A stretch of DNA of 63,224 nucleotides, filler included, from Candidatus Ancaeobacter aquaticus (GCA_030765405.1; 5 parts of 5 records of this genome joined end to end with filler, not necessarily neighbours in it), one strand, 5' to 3'; positions 19,551 through 29,626 are shown, counted from the whole stretch's first letter. Notes: generated by a model not told the origin, from the letters alone. Translations and numbers: made by a program.

Positions 19551-20895
19551 TATCGTACCGGTTATTCCCGTCACGCTATGATCAAAGCCTTCATCGTTAA
19601 ACATCTTGAAGAGGTAAAATCTGTTCCGGCACTCATCGACTTCCTCGATTCCCATCCCGCTCTTACCGAAATGTGCGGCTTTAATATGGGCGTTCTACCA
19701 GATCCCTCCCAGTTTTACAGATTCCTCTCACGGACTAACAACTCACTGCTCCAGGATCTGCATCACTCTATTATCAAAGAGCTTTTTGATAAAAATGTTA
19801 TCTCTGATGATATTTTTATCATTGATTCCAAGCCCGTTATGGCTGCTACCAGAGAGAATAATTTCAAAAACCCAAAACGTAATACGCGTAACAAAAACAA
19901 AAAAGCCAAACGTAACCCTTCTGCCACTCTCGGATACTATTCTTACCAAACAATCAGCGGCAAAAAAGACAACTTCATCTTCTTCTGGGGCTACCGTACT
20001 CACGTCATTGTCTCTAAAGAAGGTATTCCTCTTGTGGAACTTACTCTCCCTAACAATGTCAAAGATTCTGTCGCTGCTCGTAAACTCATTAAAAAACTCA
20101 AACGTGTCTACGGTACCCGCAAAGGCTCCATCCTTTTGGCCGATGCCGCTTACGACAAACGTGAACTTTATAATTTCATTGTCAATGAACTCAAGTGGCA
20201 CGCCTTCATTCCTATAAACCCTCGCAACACACAACAAGACAAAACCTTCGGTCCTAATGGCTTCCCCCTCTGCGACGCCAAAATCGAAATGAAACCCGAC
20301 GGCATCTGGACTGAAGGTTTGAGAACCCGCAGCAAATTCCGATGCCCAATTAAAACCAGCGTAAAGTTCGCAAAAAATCACCCCAATGGATGCCCCGTAG
20401 ATCACTGCAAATTCAATCCCTATGGCTGCACAAAACATTTAGATATTACTGATGATGCCCGTTCTCGTGTCCCAAGAAATTCACTCTTCTATAAAAATAC
20501 CTGTAATTTGCGCACCGAAGTTGAACGTTATTTTGCCCGCCTCGGTGACCGCGAACTCGAACAGACAACACACTACAAAATGAGATCAATCAAAAACCAG
20601 ATGACTATCGCTCATCTCTCCTTAAGCCTTGTTGCCCATTCCGCGGCTATCCTCATGGAACAGCCTGACAAAATCAGATGCTATCGCTCCTTCTCCAGAG
20701 AACCAGTGACTTCTCTAACCGGGTAATCTTCATGCTTTCAAAGAACAATCATTTGTCTTTACAGGATAACTGTATCTTTTTTCGGCAATCGTTTGCTATC
20801 CCGTTTCTTTTGCTCTACTTTTTACTCTTCTCGAGATCACTTCCTCGCTTCGCTCCTCGCGATGAATGAGCTAAACGTCATTTCGCAGAAGTCTT
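19551..20895 (+). mobile_element. 5'-truncated IS4/IS5-superfamily (DDE_Tnp_1-type) insertion sequence with its right end intact
   Basis: DDE transposase ORF whose frame extends YRTGYSRHA upstream of the ATG to a stop; right end ...TTTCGCAGAAGTCTT shared with the copy at 60009-60134. Confidence 0.75.
19578..20726 (+). CDS. DDE transposase (IS4/IS5 superfamily), N-terminally truncated
   Basis: IIDSKP, FFWGYRTH, LLADAAYD, RTEVERYFARL motifs. Confidence 0.8.
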   Translation: MIKAFIVKHLEEVKSVPALIDFLDSHPALTEMCGFNMGVLPDPSQFYRFLSRTNNSLLQDLHHSIIKELFDKNVISDDIFIIDSKPVMAATRENNFKNPKRNTRNKNKKAKRNPSATLGYYSYQTISGKKDNFIFFWGYRTHVIVSKEGIPLVELTLPNNVKDSVAARKLIKKLKRVYGTRKGSILLADAAYDKRELYNFIVNELKWHAFIPINPRNTQQDKTFGPNGFPLCDAKIEMKPDGIWTEGLRTRSKFRCPIKTSVKFAKNHPNGCPVDHCKFNPYGCTKHLDITDDARSRVPRNSLFYKNTCNLRTEVERYFARLGDRELEQTTHYKMRSIKNQMTIAHLSLSLVAHSAAILMEQPDKIRCYRSFSREPVTSLTG

Positions 20896-21157
20896 TAAGA
20901 TACATACAGGCCTCTTTTAAAAGAAAGACGATCCCGCCCTGGAAGATGTGGTCTGACCATAGGAAGAACACATATGGAAGGCAGCTATATATGCAAGCCT
21001 GTCGAAGACAGGTTGAGGAACGGAAGAGTTTTCAGAATAAAATTCGCAGAATTTTTTCTTAAAACTATCCGTAGTATCCTTGCATATATAGATGAGGGAT
21101 AAAATAGGAAAACAAGAGGCTGAAGAGCCAGACAATAATTGGGAAATAAAGACTATA

Positions 21158-21373
21158 TTACTTCTTAGAGGATTTGAATTTTCTGCCGACTAATTCATCG
21201 ATGGATATATTTAGGGCATCGGCTATTTTGATCATTGTTTGAATGGTGGGTTGTTGAGCAACCCCTTGCTCGAGATTTGTTATTGCAGTAATCGAGAGAT
21301 CAGCAAGATTAGCTAGCTTCTGTTGTGAGAACCCAGCTTTTTTTCTAAAGTATTTGATTTGCTCATTAATCAT
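21158..21373 (-). CDS. XRE-family helix-turn-helix regulator
   Basis: IKYFRKKAGFSQQKLANLADLSITAITNLEQG...PTIQTMIKIADALNISIDELV. Confidence 0.9.
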   Translation of the reverse strand: MINEQIKYFRKKAGFSQQKLANLADLSITAITNLEQGVAQQPTIQTMIKIADALNISIDELVGRKFKSSKK

Positions 21374-21516
21374 AATATTTTTGTTGTTGACTATATATAA
21401 CATAGGTGGTATAACTTATGTTATATATGTTAGCTTTTTACCTTTACGTATAATTATAACAAAATAATTTTTGTTAAACAATTAATACATCAGGTATTTA
21501 TGCCTGATACCTAATG

Positions 21517-21643
21517 AAAAAGGGGGCAAAGAAAAGCCGAGCCAGCCACGGCGAGGCAAGTGGCACGACCTAGTGCCACACATTACTGCGACTGACGTTC
21601 AGGAAGGAGCAGAGTATTACTTCATTGGGATAGCATAGCCCTG
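21517..21643 (-). repeat. 127-bp terminal repeat of contig A, right (inverted) copy
   Basis: Exact reverse complement of 1-127; ends at the contig edge. Confidence 0.95.
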
Positions 21644-21743
21644 NNNNNNNNNNNNNNNNNNNNNNNNNNNNNNNNNNNNNNNNNNNNTTAATTAATTAAN
21701 NNNNNNNNNNNNNNNNNNNNNNNNNNNNNNNNNNNNNNNNNNN
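21644..21743. other. Artificial contig linker
   Basis: 44 N + TTAATTAATTAA (stops in all six frames) + 44 N. Confidence 0.98.
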
Positions 21744-21885
21744 TAGATATAATCGTCTTTTGTAATCCAATTTTTTAAGCGAAATCCTTTCGCGAATATG
21801 ACCCTTTGTTTAAAAACCTCTAATTAAGCTTAAAATCATACCTTATGCGTATTGTTGCGGAATCGTTGATCCAGTTGTAATCCCC

Positions 21886-21914
21886 TTGACACTTCTTGCG
21901 TATCTCTATAGAAT
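21886..21914 (+). promoter_or_regulatory. Sigma70-type promoter for the second ftsH operon
   Basis: TTGACA-17 nt-TAGAAT, about 50 nt upstream of the ATG. Confidence 0.7.
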
Positions 21915-21963
21915 ATTTTGGATAAAATAATAAGATTATACTATATAAAGAAAGAGGGTAGAT

Positions 21964-23871
21964 ATGTTTGAAATAGGGAATTCTATATGGCTGATGATAG
22001 TTGCCGGAGCTGTACTGTTTGTGGTGGGATTGGTGCTCTGGGGGGTGGTGTTTCATAAGAAAAAGATGTATATCTTTTTCTTAAATAACTGGATTAAATT
22101 TGTTATTGTGTTTGCGATTGTGATGCTTATTATCCTTACTGTATGGGGATTAAGCTCTATGGAGTCGTTTTACCGGAATATGACTATTGCGCAAATTCCT
22201 CTACAGATACTTCTTGTTGCTATGAATGCGGCGATATTTGTATATATGTATCTTACATTTTTCAAGGGAGGTTTTTCACAATTAAAAACGACTAAAGTAA
22301 AAAGTGAAGATGTTAAGATCAAATTCAGCGATGTTATTGGTATCGATGAGGCAAAAGAAGAATCGATGGAAGTTGTTAATCTTATCCGGGATCATGCACG
22401 GGTCAAAGCAATAGGCGGTAAGATTATACGAGGTCTTTTGATGATCGGCCCTCCCGGGTGTGGTAAAACGCTCCTAGCAAAGGCGATTGCAACCGAAGCG
22501 AAAATACCATTTATATCTATTGCCGGCAGTGAATTTGTTGAAGTATTTGTCGGTGTTGGTGCAAGTCGTGTTCGAAAACTTTTTCAGCAAGCACGTAAAC
22601 TAGCGTACGCGCACGGTGCATGCATCGTGTTTATTGATGAACTTGATGTTATTGGTCGTGCACGTCAATTTAGTTATATGGGGGGTGGCTCAGAGACAAA
22701 TAGCACCCAGAATCAGCTCCTTGTTGAAATGGATGGTCTTGGTGCGAAAAAAGAAAATATTATTGTTATCGGTGCGACAAACTCGCAAGAATCAATATTG
22801 GATCCAGCGCTCTTACGACCAGGCAGATTTGACAGAAAGATATTTATTGATAGTCCGTATGCCGAGGGGAGAAAAAAGCTCTTTGAATATTATTTAGGTA
22901 AAGTAAAATATGACTCCAAAATTGACTTAAGAAAACTTGCAAACTATACGGTCGGAAAATCTGCGGCAGACATTGAAAATATTGTAAAGGAAGCCGCGTT
23001 AATTGCTACACGTGAAGGTAGGGATGTTGTTCAATTGCGCGATCTTACCGAGTCAATGGAACGCATTGATCTTGGTTTAAAACGAAAAAGAAAAATCCCT
23101 GACAGAGAGAGGCGCAATACCGCATATCATGAAGCAGGCCATGCGATAGCGATATATTATTTGCATCCTTTTGACGATGTATTCAAATTATCTATTATGA
23201 CACGTACTGAAACATTAGGTGTTTGTCATCATCAGCCTTTAGAAGAGATCATTACCCGCGACCGCGATTGGTTTATGGCGAATATTCAAAGCTCTTTAGG
23301 GGGCTATGTTGCTGAAAAACTTCGTTTTAAAGTAACCTCAAGTGGTGTTTCGGGTGATTTTAGAAATGCTATGCAGCTTGCTCATACTATGGTATGGAAT
23401 CTGGGGATGGCAAGTGATGGTTTGTTTGGAGATTACACCGCGGTTTCTCATGCACAGGGAGGGAATATTGATTATCTTTCTGAGAACGTAAAAGAAAGAC
23501 TGAATAAAGAAACAGAATCAATTATGCAGCAATGTTATAAAGATGTGGAAGATCTGCTGACGAAAGAAAAAGAACTCTTAGATGCCCTAGCAGAAGCACT
23601 TCTTGAAAAGGAAGAAATCGATTACGATGCGATAGATGAAATATGCAAAACACATGGTAAAACTGAAATGCGGCGTATAGAGGAGTGTGGTGTGTTGCAG
23701 AAATTCAGAGAAAGTTTTTTGGAGGATACAAACAGTGATGCCTCCGCTGAAATACCTGCACCGGTTGAATCTGATGACTCAAAAGAAGATGCTAAAAAAG
23801 AGAACAAATCGGAAACTGATACAAAAAAAGAGATTAAAGGGGACGATCCCTCTGATAAGAAGAAGGAATAG
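21964..23871 (+). CDS. FtsH-family ATP-dependent zinc metalloprotease (second paralogue)
   Basis: Walker A GPPGCGKT, Walker [29 protein letters not shown]; three N-terminal hydrophobic helices. Confidence 0.92.
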   Translation: MFEIGNSIWLMIVAGAVLFVVGLVLWGVVFHKKKMYIFFLNNWIKFVIVFAIVMLIILTVWGLSSMESFYRNMTIAQIPLQILLVAMNAAIFVYMYLTFFKGGFSQLKTTKVKSEDVKIKFSDVIGIDEAKEESMEVVNLIRDHARVKAIGGKIIRGLLMIGPPGCGKTLLAKAIATEAKIPFISIAGSEFVEVFVGVGASRVRKLFQQARKLAYAHGACIVFIDELDVIGRARQFSYMGGGSETNSTQNQLLVEMDGLGAKKENIIVIGATNSQESILDPALLRPGRFDRKIFIDSPYAEGRKKLFEYYLGKVKYDSKIDLRKLANYTVGKSAADIENIVKEAALIATREGRDVVQLRDLTESMERIDLGLKRKRKIPDRERRNTAYHEAGHAIAIYYLHPFDDVFKLSIMTRTETLGVCHHQPLEEIITRDRDWFMANIQSSLGGYVAEKLRFKVTSSGVSGDFRNAMQLAHTMVWNLGMASDGLFGDYTAVSHAQGGNIDYLSENVKERLNKETESIMQQCYKDVEDLLTKEKELLDALAEALLEKEEIDYDAIDEICKTHGKTEMRRIEECGVLQKFRESFLEDTNSDASAEIPAPVESDDSKEDAKKENKSETDTKKEIKGDDPSDKKKE

Positions 23872-23877
23872 TGTTTT

Positions 23878-25140
23878 ATGATAAGACGATTCGTAGCAAG
23901 CAGTGTATTGTTATTATTTGTATCAATATCGTTCTCAGGCTGCACAAAAGCGTCTTTTCCTGAAGATTATACCATTAATGCGATAATCGACATGTGTAAG
24001 AAAGAATACAATGTGAAGGTTAAGGCGAAGGTGGTGGGGGAAACTCTTGGAGTTTATATTCCCCTTGGCAGTTTACTTGCCAATGATATGAGTTTTAAAG
24101 AGGATGCATTGACAATTTTACAGGATGTATCACTCAGTGTTCGGCGTGTTTGCTTGTCGACAGATGCAAATTATAATTATTTTACTGTTATCGGTGCAGA
24201 TCGTGCGATGAATATTGAGTTTGTGATGTCGCATAATACCTATGATCTAAGACAGATCATGCTTGGTAATATTTCCCGCGGTGATTATGTAAAACGAATG
24301 ACATATCAAATTCGCTACGATATGCAGGCGTTTGGGGATCAGAGAATAAAGAATTTTTTTATTGATATGTCTTCTGCAAGAATTGAGAAAATAATCAGCA
24401 ATAATTTTTATCCCGGGATAACACTCAAAGATATTTCTTCAACATTTTTTCTTTCACTGCTAGAACTGTCAATGAAAGATAAGATACAGTTTAAGGTAAC
24501 CTATCTTAATTCAATGCCTATTAATAAAGATGAGATACTGTATTACTGCACGGTAACGGAAACATATGAACCAAAGCCAGAATATGCTGCAGATATGTTT
24601 ACTCATCCTTCTGGATTTGTGCATCATTATCTTTTTGTTGTGACCGGTAAAGACGCTGTTGTTGGAATAAAAAAGATATTTCCCCTAAATGCAGTGTCTG
24701 TCTCAGGAACTGAATCAGTGGCATTTCCTGAAGAATATGCACAGTATGACAATGTCGCGGAGTGGGATAAAAATAATTTTTATATAAGAGATATATCGAA
24801 ACCGTATTTTCTTGCTAATCAGATTGCTCAGAGAATACGTAATAGAGTTACCGAAGAAGGTGTTGTTTCACTCGAATCTATAGATGGAAGCTATGTTAAT
24901 CTTGATCCGCAGAGCGAAAAAGAAGAAGATCTTGAATTGGTACTAAAGGTTAAGGATAAAGGTGAAATAACAAAAGATATGACAAGAAAAGTCTTGAGAA
25001 CATTTATTGATGTTTCAATAACGGTATACAAACAGGTTTGCAAGGATTATAAATTTCACGATTTTAAGAAAATAACCATATTTGATGCGAATAATAAAGT
25101 ATTGTTTACCATTGATAAGGTTATGCTGAAAACAAAATAA
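23878..25140 (+). CDS. Hypothetical lipoprotein
   Basis: Signal peptide with lipobox-like FSGC; 6 nt after the ftsH paralogue. Confidence 0.7.
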   Translation: MIRRFVASSVLLLFVSISFSGCTKASFPEDYTINAIIDMCKKEYNVKVKAKVVGETLGVYIPLGSLLANDMSFKEDALTILQDVSLSVRRVCLSTDANYNYFTVIGADRAMNIEFVMSHNTYDLRQIMLGNISRGDYVKRMTYQIRYDMQAFGDQRIKNFFIDMSSARIEKIISNNFYPGITLKDISSTFFLSLLELSMKDKIQFKVTYLNSMPINKDEILYYCTVTETYEPKPEYAADMFTHPSGFVHHYLFVVTGKDAVVGIKKIFPLNAVSVSGTESVAFPEEYAQYDNVAEWDKNNFYIRDISKPYFLANQIAQRIRNRVTEEGVVSLESIDGSYVNLDPQSEKEEDLELVLKVKDKGEITKDMTRKVLRTFIDVSITVYKQVCKDYKFHDFKKITIFDANNKVLFTIDKVMLKTK

Positions 25141-25260
25141 ATCAATAAAACGTTGTTCGTATCTCGTATCTTGTATCTCGAATAAATATTTAAAACTGTA
25201 TCTAATATTTCGCACACAGTATGTTTAAATCCCCATAACTAAATTATTATTGTTCATAGA

Positions 25261-25295
25261 AAAAACTCGTACTCTTATAGAGTACGAGTTTTTTT
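25261..25295. terminator. Bidirectional intrinsic terminator
   Basis: AAAAACTCGTACTC-TTATA-GAGTACGAGTTTTTTT between convergent units. Confidence 0.85.
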
Positions 25296-25403
25296 ATTAT
25301 ATACTGAAAATTGAAATCCCCTATGGGAACTATACCCAGAGAAATTTATAAATAAATTTCATGGGTGCGAGATACGATTCACGAGTTGCGAGATACGAAA
25401 GAA

Positions 25404-25474
25404 AGCGGGTGAAGGGAATCGAACCCTCGTGGCTAGCTTGGAAGGCTAGAGCTTTACCACTAAGCAACACCCGC
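25404..25474 (-). tRNA. tRNA-Gly(TCC)
   Basis: Reverse complement folds as a cloverleaf: GCGGGTG acceptor, anticodon loop CTTCCAA, GGTTCGATTCC T-arm. Confidence 0.95.
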
Positions 25475-25623
25475 AAAGTAAGCTGTAAGTAATAAAATAT
25501 AAGCTATAAGCTGTAAGTTTTAAGCTATAAGGATTAAGCTCTTTAAATATAATAATTATTTATCTTAAAGCTTACAGCTTATAGCCTATAGCTTATCGTA
25601 TACAGCTTATAGCTTATAAAGTA
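25475..25623. repeat. Inverted array of degenerate heptamers (TAAGCTR / YAGCTTA) in the tRNA spacer
   Basis: Left half TAAGCTG/TAAGCTA units; right half CTTACAG/CTTATAG units. Confidence 0.85.
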
Positions 25624-25705
25624 TGGGCAGAGAAGGACTTGAACCTTCGAAGGCGTAGCCGTCAGATTTACAGTCTGATCCCTTTGACCACTTGGGTATC
25701 TGCCC
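25624..25705 (-). tRNA. tRNA-Tyr(GTA)
   Basis: GGGCAGA/TCTGCCC acceptor, anticodon loop CTGTAAA, long variable arm. Confidence 0.95.
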
Positions 25706-25706
25706 C

Positions 25707-25801
25707 TTAAAAGTCTTATGCTATAAGTTGTAAGCTTTAAGAAAAACAAAAAAATATTTTTAACATATAGCTTAAAACTTACAGCTTATAGCTTAAAAAC
25801 A
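25707..25801. repeat. Second inverted heptamer array in the tRNA spacer
   Basis: GCTATAAGTTGTAAGCTTTAAG pairs with CTTAAAACTTACAGCTTATAGC. Confidence 0.8.
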
Positions 25802-25873
25802 AGCCCAGGAAAGGAATCGAACCTTCAACCTGAGGTTTACAAAACCCCTGCTCTACCTTTGAGCTACCTAGGC
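25802..25873 (-). tRNA. tRNA-Thr(TGT)
   Basis: GCCTAGG/CCTGGGC acceptor, anticodon loop TTTGTAA, GGTTCGATTCC T-arm. Confidence 0.95.
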
Positions 25874-25966
25874 ATAAGTACAAATGCTTGGAGGCAGTAA
25901 ATTATCAAAGTACATACATTAAGTCAAGTGAAATTAGAGTATTATCTACAAATTGTTTGTTATCGG

Positions 25967-27526
25967 TCAAAAAGCTTGTAGTTTTTTTATTGCGAGGGGG
26001 ATATTCGATATGACATCTGAGGCAATGAGGCCATTTTCACCTATTTTTTTACTAACAATATCGCCGGCAAGACCATGAATATATGTTGCTGCTTGTGCTG
26101 CCTTAAGTGCGGTTAATCTTTGCCCCATAAGTGAAACAATTATTCCGCTTAAGACATCTCCCATTCCAGCAGTTGCCATTCCCGGATTTCCGGTGGGATT
26201 AATAAATATGTTTTTGCCTTCAGTGACTATTGAGTTATACCCCTTGAGGAGCAGTAGTGTATTGTTTTCCGCAGAAAATGATCGTGCAAATGCGTGTGTT
26301 TCTTTTAAAATATCTTTTTTTGATCTCTTTGTGAGGCGTGAAAATTCTCCAATATGTGGAGTGAGAAGTATAGGTGCTTTTCTTTTTTTCAAAATAGAGA
26401 TATTTTCACTCAGTGCGTTAAGTCCATCGGCATCAACAATAAGCGGTTTTTTGCAAACAGAAACAAATCTCTGTACAAATTCTGTAGTGTTCGGGTGTGT
26501 CGATATGCCGGGCCCCAAAAGTATTGCATCAAAACGAGTACTGTTTTTTGTGAGAAGGTTAATAGCGTTTGTGCTGATTGAGCCTGAGTCAGTTTCGGGT
26601 AATGGGAGAATCATTTGCTCGGTTACCTTTGCTGATAATGATTGGGTCAAAGATTCCGGTATCGCGAGAGTAACCATTCCTGCACCGCTCCGTAATGCAG
26701 CACATGAGGCCATATATGCGGCCCCTGACATTCCTCTGGATCCTGCAATTATCAATACGTGTCCATAATCACCTTTATGGGATATTCTATTTCTTCTGGG
26801 AAAAAGAGGTGCAATCATGGTATCAGTTATTAGTTCAAAGGGTCCCGTAGCTTTTTGGGTAAGTTCAGAAGGAAATCCGATGTCGACTACATTGATTGTT
26901 CCGCAATAATTCGGGCCGTTTTCTAGAAACATACCGATTTTTGGAAATGCCATTGTAGGGGTATAGTGAGCGGTTACCGCAATGGGTTCTGGGCATCCTG
27001 TCGTGGCATTGAGTCCCGATGGTATATCTATGGAGATAGTAGTTTTGTTCAGGGAATTAATAAAATTAATGGTTTCCTTAAATACCCCAGTAACTTTACC
27101 GTTAAATCCTGTGCCTAAAAGAGCGTCTATAATAATGGGAAAGCCATTGAGTGAATCTTTGTGTAGATGAATGTCTTTTCCTGTTTTTAGTGTAATAATT
27201 TCTATGTTGTGTGTGTGTGTGCAGATCTTATCAAAGAAATATTTTGCTGTTGGAGATAGTGTCGATGGGGCAGAGGTCATAAAAAGCTTTATAGTATATT
27301 CTTTTTTGCGGAGCAAATTTATAAGACAAAATGCGTCACCGGCATTATTGCCTTTACCTGCAAAGACTACAATGTTTTTGGTGAGATTATTCACTGCTAT
27401 TACTTCTTCTACAAGTTTACGGATCCCGCAACCAGCATTGTGCATGAGATTCTTGGCCGCAATAGCGTAGTATTTTTGTGCTTCTGCATCAAATTTTTGC
27501 ATTTGGCGAGGTGTGATGATTTTCAT
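25967..27526 (-). CDS. nnr: Bifunctional NAD(P)HX epimerase/dehydratase
   Basis: GKGNNAGD, IDALLGTG, DIPSG, HKGDYG, GPGI, DADGLN, LTPHIGEF, GNPGMATAGMGDVLSG. Confidence 0.93.
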   Translation of the reverse strand: MKIITPRQMQKFDAEAQKYYAIAAKNLMHNAGCGIRKLVEEVIAVNNLTKNIVVFAGKGNNAGDAFCLINLLRKKEYTIKLFMTSAPSTLSPTAKYFFDKICTHTHNIEIITLKTGKDIHLHKDSLNGFPIIIDALLGTGFNGKVTGVFKETINFINSLNKTTISIDIPSGLNATTGCPEPIAVTAHYTPTMAFPKIGMFLENGPNYCGTINVVDIGFPSELTQKATGPFELITDTMIAPLFPRRNRISHKGDYGHVLIIAGSRGMSGAAYMASCAALRSGAGMVTLAIPESLTQSLSAKVTEQMILPLPETDSGSISTNAINLLTKNSTRFDAILLGPGISTHPNTTEFVQRFVSVCKKPLIVDADGLNALSENISILKKRKAPILLTPHIGEFSRLTKRSKKDILKETHAFARSFSAENNTLLLLKGYNSIVTEGKNIFINPTGNPGMATAGMGDVLSGIIVSLMGQRLTALKAAQAATYIHGLAGDIVSKKIGENGLIASDVISNIPLAIKKLQAF

Positions 27527-27555
27527 GTGACCATAATTTGGTAATAGTTTAGGGG

Positions 27556-28269
27556 TTAGATTAAAAGGCGTTTCATGTCTTTTACCGCTTGTGATAATCC
27601 ATCAAAAACTGCACGAGAAATAATGCTATGACCTATATTAAACTCTTCAAAATCCGGTATACTGGCAAGCATCTGGACATTATGATAATGTAATCCGTGC
27701 CCCGCATTTATCCTTAACCCATTGTCGTTCGCTATGTCTATGCCGCATATAATATTTTCAATTTCTTTTGCTATGTCTTCTTCCTGACGTGCACGTGCAT
27801 ATGCTCCGGTGTGAATCTCTATGTACTGGGCTCCAGTTTTTGCTGAAGCAATGATTTGTTTTGGATCGGGATCAATAAAGAGGCTCACTACAATGTTTTT
27901 TGACTGTAGCTTTTTTACTGCATTTGTGATGGTAGATAAGTTTGAATCAACATTAAGACCACCTTCTGTAGTAACTTCCTGCCTTTTTTCAGGCACTAAT
28001 GTGCATTGGTCCGGCTTTGTTTTCATAGCTAGCTTAATAATAGAGTCGACAGCAGCCATTTCAAGGTTTAATTTTGTGTTTACTGTTTCTTTTAGTATTG
28101 CTAGGTCTCGGTCCTGAATATGGCGTCTATCTTCACGAAGATGCACCGTTATCCCATCAGCTCCAGCCCGTTCACAAATTCCCGCGGCTGCTATTGGATC
28201 AGGTTCGTATGTTTTTCGTGCTTCACGTATTGTTGCAATATGGTCTATATTGATGCCGAGTTTAATCAT
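27556..28269 (-). CDS. pdxJ: Pyridoxine 5'-phosphate synthase
   Basis: LGINIDHIATIREAR, HLREDRRHI, NLEMA, LVPEKRQEVTTEGG, NAGHGL, NIGHSIISRA. Confidence 0.96.
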   Translation of the reverse strand: MIKLGINIDHIATIREARKTYEPDPIAAAGICERAGADGITVHLREDRRHIQDRDLAILKETVNTKLNLEMAAVDSIIKLAMKTKPDQCTLVPEKRQEVTTEGGLNVDSNLSTITNAVKKLQSKNIVVSLFIDPDPKQIIASAKTGAQYIEIHTGAYARARQEEDIAKEIENIICGIDIANDNGLRINAGHGLHYHNVQMLASIPDFEEFNIGHSIISRAVFDGLSQAVKDMKRLLI

Positions 28270-28273
28270 AGGG

Positions 28274-29626
28274 TTATCCAAGATTCGTTTTTATTAATAC
28301 GGCTAATCGCTCGGCCATAGTGTTGATTGATTCAATATCTTCTCCTTCAAGCATTATTCTGGCAATGTTTTGTGTTCCAGAATAACGTAAGAGAAGTCTT
28401 CCTTTGTTTCCCAGTTCTTTCGTTGTGGTCTCCATCTCTTTTTTGATATCAGGGACAGATTCGAATGGTTTTTTTGATTTTACTTTTATATTCATAAGTA
28501 TCTGGGGAAGTTTTTGCATGCATGAGCATAACGCTGAAAGAGTCATTTTTTTCGTTTTCATTATACGGAGCACTTGTAGTGCAGTTATCATTCCATCACC
28601 AGTTGTTGTGTAATCTTTGAAAATAATATGGCCTGACTGTTCTCCGCCAAGATTGAGGTTTCTCTTTTCCATTTCCGCAATAACATACCTGTCTCCTACA
28701 TTTGCCTTGTAGAGTTTTATTCCTGCTTTTTCCATGGCGATATCAAGGCCCATATTATTCATGACTGTTGTTACAAATGCGTTGTCCTGTAAGGCTTTAT
28801 TCCTTTTCATATCAAGAGCGCATATAGCGAGGATTAAATCACCGTCGACTTCATTGCCATTCTCGTCAGCAAATATGACTCTGTCGGCATCTCCGTCAAG
28901 CGATATGCCCACATCAACCTTATGTCCTATAACAGCTTTTCTTATGACGTCGGTATGTATTGCTCCGCAATCGAGATTGATATTTGTCCCGTTAGGGGCA
29001 TCGTTTAATATCTTTACATCTGCACCGAGCTCGGTAAGCACTTTTGGGGCAATTTTGTATCCTGCACCATTTGCGCAATCAAGCACTACGCTTATTCCGT
29101 CTAACGTGAGGCCTTTTGGAAACGAGTTTTTTATGAACTCTACATAGCGTCCAATGGCGTCTTTATCGCGATATGCTTTACCGATATCTGTTGCTGTTGG
29201 GCGAATTGAATCTATCTCACCGGTTGCTATAAGCTCTTCTATTTTTCGCTCAATGGATTCCGGTAGTTTGTAGCCATCGCTCGAGAATAATTTTATACCG
29301 TTATCTTCATAAGGGTTATGTGATGCAGAAATAACTATTCCCGCGTCAGCACGGAGGCTGCGAGTAATGAACGCGATACCCGGAGTAGGGAGTGGCCCGA
29401 CCTGAACAACATCTACCCCCATTGAACAAATACCTGAAACGAGAGCGCTTTCGATCATGTAGCCAGAGACACGCGTATCTTTTCCAATGATTATGCGATG
29501 TCTTCTCGTGTTGTCTTTCTTGAATATATATGCGGCTGCCCGTCCGATTTTCAGTACGGTTTCGGCTGTCATTGGTTCGGTGTTTGCTATGCCTCGAACA
29601 CCGTCTGTGCCAAATAGTTTTTTCAT
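28274..29626 (-). CDS. glmM: Phosphoglucosamine mutase
   Basis: [49 protein letters not shown]. Confidence 0.96.
   Translation of the reverse strand: MKKLFGTDGVRGIANTEPMTAETVLKIGRAAAYIFKKDNTRRHRIIIGKDTRVSGYMIESALVSGICSMGVDVVQVGPLPTPGIAFITRSLRADAGIVISASHNPYEDNGIKLFSSDGYKLPESIERKIEELIATGEIDSIRPTATDIGKAYRDKDAIGRYVEFIKNSFPKGLTLDGISVVLDCANGAGYKIAPKVLTELGADVKILNDAPNGTNINLDCGAIHTDVIRKAVIGHKVDVGISLDGDADRVIFADENGNEVDGDLILAICALDMKRNKALQDNAFVTTVMNNMGLDIAMEKAGIKLYKANVGDRYVIAEMEKRNLNLGGEQSGHIIFKDYTTTGDGMITALQVLRIMKTKKMTLSALCSCMQKLPQILMNIKVKSKKPFESVPDIKKEMETTTKELGNKGRLLLRYSGTQNIARIMLEGEDIESINTMAERLAVLIKTNLG

Noticed and set aside
19743..20438. Long antisense ORFs over the transposase (and similar ones over folP, nnr, atpB, mgtE)
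   Set aside because: Shadow ORFs opposite well-supported genes, with no motifs or RBS.
20900..21157. Coding-like fragments between the IS end and the XRE gene
   Set aside because: Multiple stops and no recognisable family; cannot be supported as a feature.
21688..21699. Palindromic TTAATTAATTAA recurring four times between N-runs
   Set aside because: Identical 100-nt spacer with stops in all six frames: a contig-joining artefact, not biology.
27209..27221. (GT)n microsatellite in nnr as a phase-variation switch
   Set aside because: Only about six units, in frame (encodes THTH) in an intact housekeeping gene.
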